NCBI GenBank assembly: GCA_051819665.1
Contig: JBNJDG010000007.1
Coordinates: forward strand, 1-51,057
Direction of reading: 5' to 3'
From: Nanobdellota archaeon
Lineage (GTDB): Archaea; Nanobdellota; Nanobdellia; Woesearchaeales; CAZZGN01
Length of the DNA stretch: 51,057 bases
Shown in pieces: positions 8,682 to 17,195 of this stretch. The notes below the pieces were generated by a model. It saw only the letters and a program-made list of their open reading frames with translations. It did not search any database and was not told the origin of the DNA. Both the position numbers and the translations under genes were made by a program. Numbering within the stretch: the first letter of the stretch is position 1; each line of letters opens with the position of its first letter.

Positions 8682-10359
8682 TCTTATCATCCTCCAGTTT
8701 CTCTGAGCCTATCTTAATGCCGAACTTGGGGAGCAGTTTCCTGTGTATGAATATCAACAGGAATGATGCCACGATAGCTCCGCCGAATATCATAAGAGTA
8801 TTCCCTATGCTGTTCATCAGATCTGGATTTATGAGCATCACAAAACCCAGAGCAAGCATGATCATCCCCCCTATAAGCTTCAATATCCTTCCATGCTTCT
8901 CCTCAAATTTAGCAGATTTCATGGTCACCAGAGCAGCTATTATTATCACTATCTCTATGGAAAGATAAATCACCATGTAGAGGAGCAGATGCATGAAGAA
9001 AGCAAATCCCTGTATCCCCTGCTGGGCCATCATGTTGGTCCATATCAATGGAAAACCAGCTGTACATGGAAGCTCTACAAGGACGACACCGAGAGCCAGT
9101 ATTGCCGTGCCTATGACAGTAGCAGTCAGAGACTTGTTACTCTTCATCACCTCCCGCATATTCCTGAATATCTTTGGTTTATATTTATCAGGAATCGTGA
9201 AGGATATCCCTTTCTTATACCAGAAATAATCTTTTATGTTCACTAAGGCGAAGATGAAAGCCAGTATCGCCACCACTATCTGTATGATTGACATATAACC
9301 TACATAAAGGAAGACATTCAATAATCCGGCCATGAACAATGCATAAGCCGTACCAGTGACCAATAAGAAAGTCCCTCCGACTGTAAGGATCTTCTTCCTC
9401 GAGTTTGAATATATTACTATGCCTAGAAGGAAGGTTATCAACCACAACGAGCATGGGTTAAAGCCGTCGATGAAAGCTATGATGGAAGTTGTGACATAAG
9501 TGGGCATAAGAGAAAGGTTCACTTCCCCGACAAGAGGAAGAGAGATAATTTCCTGTTTCTCTGATGTGACATCGCCTGAACTGGGGAGATAAGGTGTGGT
9601 GCCCTCTATCTTTTCCAAAGGACAGGAACATGAATTCTCCTGACAATACTCTATCTCATCCACGATATTATCCCTTATGGATGATTCACCTACGAAATAC
9701 TTATCCCCTATGAACACGACCGGATAAGACGCTGTCTCGAGACTGTATTTATCCTTGAAAGCCTGATATATCTGCTTATCCTGTCCTGAGCTGATCTCAT
9801 ATACGTTTATATCTATATCATGATCCTGTTCGGTTTCATTGACATAATCCTTTATACTCTCACATTGAGGGCATCCATCCTTGACAAAGAGATGAGCGCA
9901 TAGGTCCGAATCGTTTTCCTCATCATTTTCAATCTCCTCGCTGACCTCTCCTCCCAAGCCCACATCGGCAAGCGGATCTTCACAGCCTTCATCGATGCAT
10001 TCTTGTATGTGGGTTTCTATCTTCTCGCCGGTTTCTTCACTGTATCCCACCCAATGCTCTTCACCAATGAAAGTCGTAGGGACACCACGGGCCTCTATAC
10101 CATGAACATCGGCTGCTTCCCGGAACAGCTTCACATTCTCTGAATGCTCATAGGTCTCGAACATCCTGACTTCCAATTCGGGATATTCCTCATCCAGCTC
10201 TTCAAGGAAAGGCTTTTCCTTAGCACAGTGGGGACAGCCTTCGCCCCAGAAGAAATAGACAGTAACTTCAGGATCCTGTTGTTCCTGCGCCAATGCTCCC
10301 CCTACAGAAAGCAGCGCTATCAGTGTGAATATGAATATAACCAGTGTCTTCTTGTCCAT
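8671..10359 (-). CDS. Secreted double glutaredoxin/thioredoxin domains fused to a DsbD/CcdA-like membrane domain
   Basis: Signal peptide; FWGEGCPHC and FVKDGCPQC; DGFNPCSLW and VELPCTAG membrane Cys motifs. Start MDKK 10359 after GGTGA. Confidence 0.85.
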   Translation of the reverse strand: MDKKTLVIFIFTLIALLSVGGALAQEQQDPEVTVYFFWGEGCPHCAKEKPFLEELDEEYPELEVRMFETYEHSENVKLFREAADVHGIEARGVPTTFIGEEHWVGYSEETGEKIETHIQECIDEGCEDPLADVGLGGEVSEEIENDEENDSDLCAHLFVKDGCPQCESIKDYVNETEQDHDIDINVYEISSGQDKQIYQAFKDKYSLETASYPVVFIGDKYFVGESSIRDNIVDEIEYCQENSCSCPLEKIEGTTPYLPSSGDVTSEKQEIISLPLVGEVNLSLMPTYVTTSIIAFIDGFNPCSLWLITFLLGIVIYSNSRKKILTVGGTFLLVTGTAYALFMAGLLNVFLYVGYMSIIQIVVAILAFIFALVNIKDYFWYKKGISFTIPDKYKPKIFRNMREVMKSNKSLTATVIGTAILALGVVLVELPCTAGFPLIWTNMMAQQGIQGFAFFMHLLLYMVIYLSIEIVIIIAALVTMKSAKFEEKHGRILKLIGGMIMLALGFVMLINPDLMNSIGNTLMIFGGAIVASFLLIFIHRKLLPKFGIKIGSEKLEDDKNDR

Positions 10360-10463
10360 CTTATAAGTCACCAATATTGCCTCAATTTTCTATAGACAAT
10401 GAAGAACCCGAAATGGTTTTTAAATGTTTCTTTCAAAAAATGAAATAAACGCTGAAAATCGTT

Positions 10464-10973
10464 TCATCTAGTGAAAAGCTCCCTGAATTCATCCTTAAGG
10501 GTTATCTTATTGGTCATCCCTTTCTTTTCCTTATGAATGACCCCTTTTGATTCGAGGTTCTGTAGTCTCCTGTGGATCTTGACCGGATCCATATCGAGCT
10601 TCTTATTCAGTATATTCTGTGTCATATCGCCTTTATTCTTTACTAAGACCTGGACTATATCTTTTTCTTCCTTATCAAGGAAGTCCAGGGTCTTCTCAAC
10701 ATCGCCGAACAATTTCTCTTTTTCCTGAGAGAAGGATTTCGAGAGGAAATAATAGGTAAGTATGCCTACAAAAACCCCCAGGGAAGCCAGGAGGGCTATA
10801 AAGATGGGTATGGACAAGCTACAGCCGCACGATGCTCCGTGATAACCATAATTCTCCTTGATGACGTAGATTGAGAACGAGACTATGAAAATGAAACCCA
10901 TGATAAGGGCTATCGCGAGGAGCATATTACGAAGGTCCTGTCTTTCCATTCTGATCAGGTCAGTAAAAGCCAT
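10464..10973 (-). CDS. Membrane-anchored winged-HTH transcriptional regulator
   Basis: Two TM helices with an SCGC loop; C-terminal MTQN..DPVKIHRRLQNLESKGVIHKEKKGMTN wHTH. Confidence 0.75.
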   Translation of the reverse strand: MAFTDLIRMERQDLRNMLLAIALIMGFIFIVSFSIYVIKENYGYHGASCGCSLSIPIFIALLASLGVFVGILTYYFLSKSFSQEKEKLFGDVEKTLDFLDKEEKDIVQVLVKNKGDMTQNILNKKLDMDPVKIHRRLQNLESKGVIHKEKKGMTNKITLKDEFRELFTR

Positions 10974-11072
10974 CAGTCTTTATTAATCTTTTGATTGGCT
11001 CTGAAAACCATTGCAAAGCCAGATTATAGAAAAATATTTAAAAGAAACAGGGCTCTCAGGGAATGCTTTGAT

Positions 11073-11145
11073 AGCCCCGTGGTGTAGTGGCCAATCATTG
11101 TGGACTCTGGATCCGCAGACCTCGGTTCGAATCCGGGCGGGGCTA
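11073..11145 (+). tRNA. tRNA-Gln (anticodon CTG)
   Basis: AGCCCCG/CGGGGCT acceptor stem (A1-U72, archaeal Gln type), anticodon arm GTGGA-CTCTGGA-TCCGC, T-loop GGTTCGAATCC; no encoded CCA, no intron. Confidence 0.95.
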
Positions 11146-11267
11146 CTTTCTGATTTCTTAAAAATCATTTACCCGCCCGATCAGAATTAGCGGTTTCACC
11201 TATCGTATATCTTAGGTCTGTCCACACAATAATTCTCTGGATAAAAGTCCATAAAACACACTTCTTC

Positions 11268-11621
11268 TTACTCGCTACATTCCCTGTCCAGCCTGCTCTT
11301 AGCCTTATGGCAGCCCCTGCAGAGCGTACGGAGGTTCTCCTTATCAAAAAGCTGTCCGCCCATGTGAACAGGGATTATGTGATCAACATCAAGTTCCCTT
11401 TTCCGGAAACGTTTCTTACAGATACTGCATCTGTACTTATCCCTCCTGAGAACATCCCTTCTTACAAAAGACCATACATGATTCTTTGTAAACTCTTCCA
11501 TGCATCTTTTTGAACAGTAATGTCTCCTGCCTTTAGCCACGGGATTTTCACAATTCCGGCAGAGTTTCTGGCCATGCCTGAATCGATCCGGCGTATCTGA
11601 TAGATTAGGATATCGGGCCAT
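11268..11621 (-). CDS. HNH endonuclease with N-terminal Zn-finger
   Basis: CRNC...YCSKRC; RDKYRCSIC, DVDHIIP, NLRTLCRGCHKAK. Confidence 0.9.
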   Translation of the reverse strand: MARYPNLSDTPDRFRHGQKLCRNCENPVAKGRRHYCSKRCMEEFTKNHVWSFVRRDVLRRDKYRCSICKKRFRKRELDVDHIIPVHMGGQLFDKENLRTLCRGCHKAKSRLDRECSE

Positions 11622-11809
11622 AAAGATACAATGGATTTACTGACTTAAATGTGTTGCGGACAGGATTGTAGAGTCTGCTGAACCATAATTATTGCACAGT
11701 TATAAAGCATGACCCAAACATTTAAAAAGCCAGAGAAAAACCATAATAATATTAACACAGGAGAGAAAGAAAAAGATCACAGTGATACTTTTTCTTGATT
11801 TGTCAGAAA

Positions 11810-12994
11810 ATGAAATTTGAAGAATTAGGAATAGATTCTCAGATACTTGAATCTATAAAGGAAATAGGCTTTGAAGAGCCTACAAAAGTACAGGAAAAGT
11901 CAATACCCAAAGTGATAGAAGGGAAAGATGTCATAGTCCAGAGCGCTACGGGCTCCGGGAAGACATTCGCTTTCGGTTCAGGGATCATCCAGAATATCAA
12001 CAAAGGAGAAGGCATCCAGGCCCTGATACTCGCACCGACAAGAGAGCTGGCCAACCAGATAAACTCAGACCTGAACGATTATTCGAAGAACAGGAACCTG
12101 AAAGTTTATCCTATATACGGTGGAGTCTCCTACGGACCTCAGAAGGAAGCCTTCAAGGATTCAGACATCATAGTCGGAACACCCGGAAGAATACTCGACC
12201 ATCTGAGACAGGGAACGCTGAAGCTTGACAAGGTAAAGCACGCGGTATTGGATGAGGCAGACAGGATGCTGGATATGGGTTTCCTTGATGATGTAACATC
12301 TATACTTAAACAATGCCCGAAAGAGAGGCAGACCCTGCTATTCTCAGCGACTATCCCGCCAGAGATCGAGGAGCTCTCGAAAAAGTTCATGGACGATCCC
12401 GAGAACATAAACAACTCAAGTTATGTCGACCCTTCCAAACTGCCGCAGGTTTATTATGATACGCCAGGAAAACTTAAATTCTCACTTCTCCTTCATCTAC
12501 TGGAGAAAGAGAAATCAGGTCTGGTGATGGTCTTCTGCAATTCAAGGAAGATGACAGACCTTGTGGCTAAAGGGCTGAATAAACATAAGATTGATGCCAT
12601 AGGCATCCATGGAGGGCTATCACAGGCAAAGAGAGACCAGGTGATGGAGAAATTCAATTCCAACAAGGCTTTAGTCCTGGTATGTACGGATGTAGCCGCA
12701 AGAGGTCTTGACATACCGGAAGTCTCGCACATATACAACTACGACATACCGAATGAAAGTAAGCAATATGTGCACAGGATAGGTAGAACGGCAAGAGCCG
12801 GGAAGAGCGGTATGGTCGTTAATATTCTTTCGGAGAGAGACCACGAGAATTTCCAGAGAGTCCTGTCGGACTATGATTTCAATATAGAATTGAGGAAGAG
12901 ACCTTACCTTAAGATGGCTGAGCTCCCAAGGGAAGACAACCAGAAGAAGAATAAGAAAGGTTTCAGGAACAAAAGAGCTAAGAGGAGGTCTTAA
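11810..12994 (+). CDS. DEAD-box ATP-dependent RNA helicase
   Basis: Q motif, ATGSGKT, PTRELA, TPGR, DEAD, SAT, ARGLD, HRIGRTAR. Start MKFEEL at 11810. Confidence 0.97.
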   Translation: MKFEELGIDSQILESIKEIGFEEPTKVQEKSIPKVIEGKDVIVQSATGSGKTFAFGSGIIQNINKGEGIQALILAPTRELANQINSDLNDYSKNRNLKVYPIYGGVSYGPQKEAFKDSDIIVGTPGRILDHLRQGTLKLDKVKHAVLDEADRMLDMGFLDDVTSILKQCPKERQTLLFSATIPPEIEELSKKFMDDPENINNSSYVDPSKLPQVYYDTPGKLKFSLLLHLLEKEKSGLVMVFCNSRKMTDLVAKGLNKHKIDAIGIHGGLSQAKRDQVMEKFNSNKALVLVCTDVAARGLDIPEVSHIYNYDIPNESKQYVHRIGRTARAGKSGMVVNILSERDHENFQRVLSDYDFNIELRKRPYLKMAELPREDNQKKNKKGFRNKRAKRRS

Positions 12995-13331
12995 CCTCCC
13001 ACTTTAAAGTGTCTTTCCCACAGGAGGGGCACTTCTTATCCTCCAGCTTATCCCAATATTCTTTTATCTGTTTATACTTCTCCTCTGAAAGAAGGCCCTG
13101 CTCCTTCATCCTGTCATAGAACCTTGTGCTCTCAGATTTGTCAGGAAGATAAATCAAAAGGTCCCCTCCGCCACAGGAAGGACATTCCCTCCCATCATTT
13201 ACAGATACACTGAATAGGTTCCTGCATGCATTACAGGAAAGAACCTCATATATCTCTTTCTTGGACTTCCTGCCATAGAAAACATCTGCAGAAAGACCGC
13301 AATCACAGCTTACTTTGTATTCTCTTATCAT
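12978..13331 (-). CDS. Multi-CxxC zinc-ribbon protein
   Basis: CDCG, CNAC, CPSC, CPSC; ATGA-coupled to the upstream gene. Confidence 0.65.
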   Translation of the reverse strand: MIREYKVSCDCGLSADVFYGRKSKKEIYEVLSCNACRNLFSVSVNDGRECPSCGGGDLLIYLPDKSESTRFYDRMKEQGLLSEEKYKQIKEYWDKLEDKKCPSCGKDTLKWEVKTSS

Positions 13332-13522
13332 TTTTTATCCTTCTCCATAAGATAGAGCATAATCGGCCTCATATTGCCTCCTTTCTCCTTCGCGAAATTT
13401 ATCAGGAACTGATTATCCTTCTTAGCACATTCCTCGCAGATGAAGATTTCCTCTGCAACAACAAGCCCTTTAGGATGCTCATTGGGTTCCATATCCATAT
13501 CACACATTCCACACGATTTCAT
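13328..13522 (-). CDS. Small C4 zinc-finger protein
   Basis: CGMC...ICEEC; ATGA overlaps on both sides. Confidence 0.6.
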   Translation of the reverse strand: MKSCGMCDMDMEPNEHPKGLVVAEEIFICEECAKKDNQFLINFAKEKGGNMRPIMLYLMEKDKK

Positions 13523-14325
13523 TCTACCACCCTGAAAAATCCACTGAATTTGACCATACCTTTTTCCTTTCTCACGTTTATCTCCCCATCTAATTCATCA
13601 ATCACTTCCCTGACTATCTGGAGACCCTTACCATGACCGCCTTCCTTAGTTGTAAAGGGCTTCGAGGAATTTATCTTCTCAATATTAGCATCAGTCAAAC
13701 CCTTGCCATCATCCGAGACCCCGAAGACAACAACATCTTCATCGACCTCCAGATCGATCCTTATCACGGAGGAAGAAGCCTCGACCGCATTGACTATGAG
13801 ATTATAGAACATAAGGTCTACTTTATACCCGGGTACTTTTATCCTATCATCAGGTATAGATGCCTCTACCTTGACTTTACCATCATCTCCACCGATGATG
13901 TCCCCATAAAGGGTTCCGGGATACTTCTTGGAGACCTGTACAAGAGCTGATAGCACAATATCACTTATACTGAAGACCTCAGAGTATGAAGGATTATCCA
14001 TGATTGCCTTTATCCTTTCCAGATTATCCTTCACGCCGGAGAGAACAGACAACATCTCCTTTTCCTTGGATCCCTCCAGAGAAGCATCCTTTATCATGAC
14101 CTCTATCTCATCTACCGATTCAGAGAGTTCATTATAATGGCCCTCTATATCATCAGTCTCAGAAAATCCATTGAAAAGATCGATAGCTTCATTGACCTTA
14201 TCTGCCTTCTCTTTAAGGCCATAATGATCAAAATATGTCCATAACAACCCTAAAGCACCAACTGAGGAATGAGCGTGAGCCCTTATATGCCACTGGATCG
14301 TATCTCCCAGATTCTCTGAAACCAT
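13519..14325 (-). CDS. Cytoplasmic histidine kinase-like protein (HATPase_c) with atypical N-terminus
   Basis: N box YNLIVNAVEA, G1 VSDDGKGL, F box PFTTK, G2 GHGKGL; candidate H-box HIRAHAHS. Confidence 0.8.
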   Translation of the reverse strand: MVSENLGDTIQWHIRAHAHSSVGALGLLWTYFDHYGLKEKADKVNEAIDLFNGFSETDDIEGHYNELSESVDEIEVMIKDASLEGSKEKEMLSVLSGVKDNLERIKAIMDNPSYSEVFSISDIVLSALVQVSKKYPGTLYGDIIGGDDGKVKVEASIPDDRIKVPGYKVDLMFYNLIVNAVEASSSVIRIDLEVDEDVVVFGVSDDGKGLTDANIEKINSSKPFTTKEGGHGKGLQIVREVIDELDGEINVRKEKGMVKFSGFFRVVE

Positions 14326-14363
14326 AAAAAAAACAGAAGAAGAAGTATTTAATAAAGTTATTG

Positions 14364-14729
14364 TCAGATGGACTTCACTCCGATATCCTTGAAGATCTTC
14401 GTCAGGTATTTACCGAGATAGCCCTTGAGCAGGAACATGAATATATTCTCTCCGCTTCCTTGAGCACATGGTTTGGATATAGTATTGATGATCTTATCCA
14501 CTGACTCGGCTATCTTATCCTGATCCAGAGAGTTAATATCCTCCCTGACCTTCATCACTTTTCCGTTCTCACCATCTTCAATAGACATGTATTTGAAAGC
14601 TTCAACTTCTTCCTTCTCCAGGGTCTGCTTGATTATATGCTCCATATAATCTTTAGAAGTAGCCTGACTACCCACTTCAAGGACAACATTGAGAAGTACA
14701 TCCATCTTTTCACGATTGTTCAGAGCCAT
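14364..14729 (-). CDS. Hypothetical soluble protein in the signalling operon
   Basis: 121-aa ORF starting 1 nt after the receiver gene; no recognised motif. Confidence 0.6.
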   Translation of the reverse strand: MALNNREKMDVLLNVVLEVGSQATSKDYMEHIIKQTLEKEEVEAFKYMSIEDGENGKVMKVREDINSLDQDKIAESVDKIINTISKPCAQGSGENIFMFLLKGYLGKYLTKIFKDIGVKSI

Positions 14730-14730
14730 T

Positions 14731-15102
14731 TTACAACACCTTATCTATCCTATTCTTAAGGTCTTCCAGCTCGAAAGGTTTCTCTATATAATCCTCTGCC
14801 GTGAGCGAGCCCATACCCTTGCTGAGATTATCCGTCTTGCCGGTCAGGAAGATTATCGGCACATCAGACATGTTATCATCATCCTTTATCTTCGCCGCGA
14901 CTTTCCATCCATCCATCTCCGGCATCATTATATCCAGGAGTACAAGGTCATACTTATCCTTCTTAAGTTTATCAAGAGCCTTCTGTCCTGAGTTGACCGT
15001 GGTTATTTCGTAGTCTTCAGCTATAGATTTCAACCCCTGCTCAACAGTCATGAGCATATCCTCGTTATCATCCACTACAAGTATCTTTTTCACATCAATC
15101 AC
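14731..15102 (-). CDS. Stand-alone response regulator receiver
   Basis: ILVVDD, DLVLLDIMMPEMDG, IIFLTG, YIEKPF. Confidence 0.92.
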   Translation of the reverse strand: MIDVKKILVVDDNEDMLMTVEQGLKSIAEDYEITTVNSGQKALDKLKKDKYDLVLLDIMMPEMDGWKVAAKIKDDDNMSDVPIIFLTGKTDNLSKGMGSLTAEDYIEKPFELEDLKNRIDKVL

Positions 15103-15104
15103 CC

Positions 15105-17195
15105 TTATTCGTTTATCTTATTCTTCGTGGTCTTATTATTTAATCTTTTCGGAATGGAAAAATAAAAAGTGCTTCCTTTACCGGGGCCGTCACTACGGGC
15201 CCAGATCTTCCCCTTATGACCCTCTACCAACTTTTTGCTTATTGCCAGACCAAGTCCGTAACTGCCGAGATCATGCCTTGAGGAATCAGCCTTATAAAAC
15301 TCATCGAACATCTTCTCAGCAGTTCTCTTATTCATACCCTTACCCGTATCAGCGAAAGAGAAGACATAATGCCCTCCCTTCTCATAGGCATTGATAGTTA
15401 TCGAACCCTCTCCACCCATATACTTCGCAGCATTGGTCATGAGGTTGTTTATGACCTCCTTCATCCTCACAGTATCTATCCTGACCGGATAACTCCCGCT
15501 TACTTTATTGATTATGGTTATGCCTTTCTTCTTGAAAGAATCCTGGAAATCTTCAACGATAGCTTCAATAAACCCCTTCATATCCGTATCCTGGAACTTG
15601 AATTCAACCTTACCGGCATCCAACCTAGACAGATCAAGTGTCCTGACAACAAGCTCTTTCAGATACTTCGTATTCTTTATGCACACATCAAGGTTCTTCT
15701 TCAACTGTTCATCCTTGACCTTGTTCCGGACTATAGGCAGAAAGATATTAAGTGGTGTTAGCGGGGTCCTGAGGTCATGACTCAGCTGGTTTATGAAATC
15801 CGTCTTCAGCTTGAGAAGCTTCTTCACTTCGCTGGTCCTCTTCTTCACTTTCTCCTCAACACTCTGTTTTTCATCCTCAAGAGATTTCTGAGCTTTCCTT
15901 AGTTCCTTATTCTTCTCGGAGAGTTCTTTTGTCTGGTCCTGGATCTTCTTCCTAGCCTCTTTCTGCTTCTTAAGCAGGAAAACCATCGCTTTGGATGTCT
16001 TCTCCTCCTTCTTAAGCTTATTCTCAAGTTCTTCCGTCTTCTTCTGGACCTGTTTCTCAAGGTTCCTGTTAAGCTCCTCATACTCCCTGGATTTATCATT
16101 CAATACTTTTGTCCTCTCCTCAACATTCAACTCAAGCTCCCTGTTCAACTGCTCAAGATCCTTCGTCCTCTCTCTCACTCTTTTCCTGAAAGACCTGAAC
16201 AAAAGCCTTGTACCTACATAACCCAAAACGATTATCAGGAGGATTATTACAGACGAGAACATCCAGAGCCTTCTCAGAGTATCTGAAAAGGAAAAGGTCT
16301 TTGTCACAGTAATATGCTTATCAGAGATAATATCATGATATTCCAGCTTCTTGTTCCCGTATCCATCCATGTCATGAAGATACGCCTTCTCACTGATCCT
16401 TCTATCAGAAGATTCCGCTGTGACATTATAATCCCTATAATAACATGACCCCTCACAGCCCTCTGCCATCATCTCAGAGACCTTTCTGGCCCCCTCTACC
16501 TCATTGACCACCATCTCCCTGCTCACAGAATCGGATGTCCTGATGAGATTGACAAAAAAAAGGGAGATTATAAGAAGAATCGCCAATACAACAAAAGCCA
16601 GCATCCTGTTCATGTTCTCCTTTATTATCCTCTTTTCCAGGAGAGCCTTAGAGATGAAAAAGGTGATGAAGAGAGGATATATCATATAAAGAGCATCCAG
16701 CGAGAGGAATGGAAAGAATACCTTATTCCCGAAGATAAAAAGCGCCATGAAAAGGTTGAAATGAAGTATGAAGACAAGAGTTCTGGATTTTTCCCTGAAG
16801 AACAAGAGCGGCAACAACGAATATACCGCAACGAGGCCATAAACAAGGATATCATAACTGAAAAAACTGACAACAATATTAAGTATATAAAGATAATTTA
16901 CCCACCTGGCGGGTTTCTTAAGGCTCATCAATACCTGGAATATGAAAAAGAAGAACCATATCCATATGACTTTAGAGTCAAATAAACCAGAAACATCGAG
17001 GATCATTATGATGAAAGAGGACAATATCGTCAACCTGAAAAGCCAGGAAGTTTTATCCATGTTCTTTCCCATGGACATGAAGAGGTATGCATAAACAAGG
17101 AGGGCCAATATCACGAATAGGTATATCATAGGATTCAGGGTGACATTGCCCATCAGGAATTTCCCCCCTTCTAATATGAGCTCGCCCGAAGTCAT
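15105..17195 (-). CDS. Membrane sensor histidine kinase
   Basis: Multi-TM N-terminus, long coiled coil, H-box SHDLRTPL, NLMTNAAKY, DTGKGM, GLGLAI. Confidence 0.93.
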   Translation of the reverse strand: MTSGELILEGGKFLMGNVTLNPMIYLFVILALLVYAYLFMSMGKNMDKTSWLFRLTILSSFIIMILDVSGLFDSKVIWIWFFFFIFQVLMSLKKPARWVNYLYILNIVVSFFSYDILVYGLVAVYSLLPLLFFREKSRTLVFILHFNLFMALFIFGNKVFFPFLSLDALYMIYPLFITFFISKALLEKRIIKENMNRMLAFVVLAILLIISLFFVNLIRTSDSVSREMVVNEVEGARKVSEMMAEGCEGSCYYRDYNVTAESSDRRISEKAYLHDMDGYGNKKLEYHDIISDKHITVTKTFSFSDTLRRLWMFSSVIILLIIVLGYVGTRLLFRSFRKRVRERTKDLEQLNRELELNVEERTKVLNDKSREYEELNRNLEKQVQKKTEELENKLKKEEKTSKAMVFLLKKQKEARKKIQDQTKELSEKNKELRKAQKSLEDEKQSVEEKVKKRTSEVKKLLKLKTDFINQLSHDLRTPLTPLNIFLPIVRNKVKDEQLKKNLDVCIKNTKYLKELVVRTLDLSRLDAGKVEFKFQDTDMKGFIEAIVEDFQDSFKKKGITIINKVSGSYPVRIDTVRMKEVINNLMTNAAKYMGGEGSITINAYEKGGHYVFSFADTGKGMNKRTAEKMFDEFYKADSSRHDLGSYGLGLAISKKLVEGHKGKIWARSDGPGKGSTFYFSIPKRLNNKTTKNKINE

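Noticed and set aside
11073..11145. tRNA as attachment site of an integrated element carrying the che or ars clusters
   Set aside because: No integrase, transposase or duplicated tRNA end was seen, and a housekeeping-type helicase follows
10983..11347. Minus-strand 60-61 aa ORFs over and next to the tRNA
   Set aside because: They overlap the tRNA or the HNH gene and show no protein-like features
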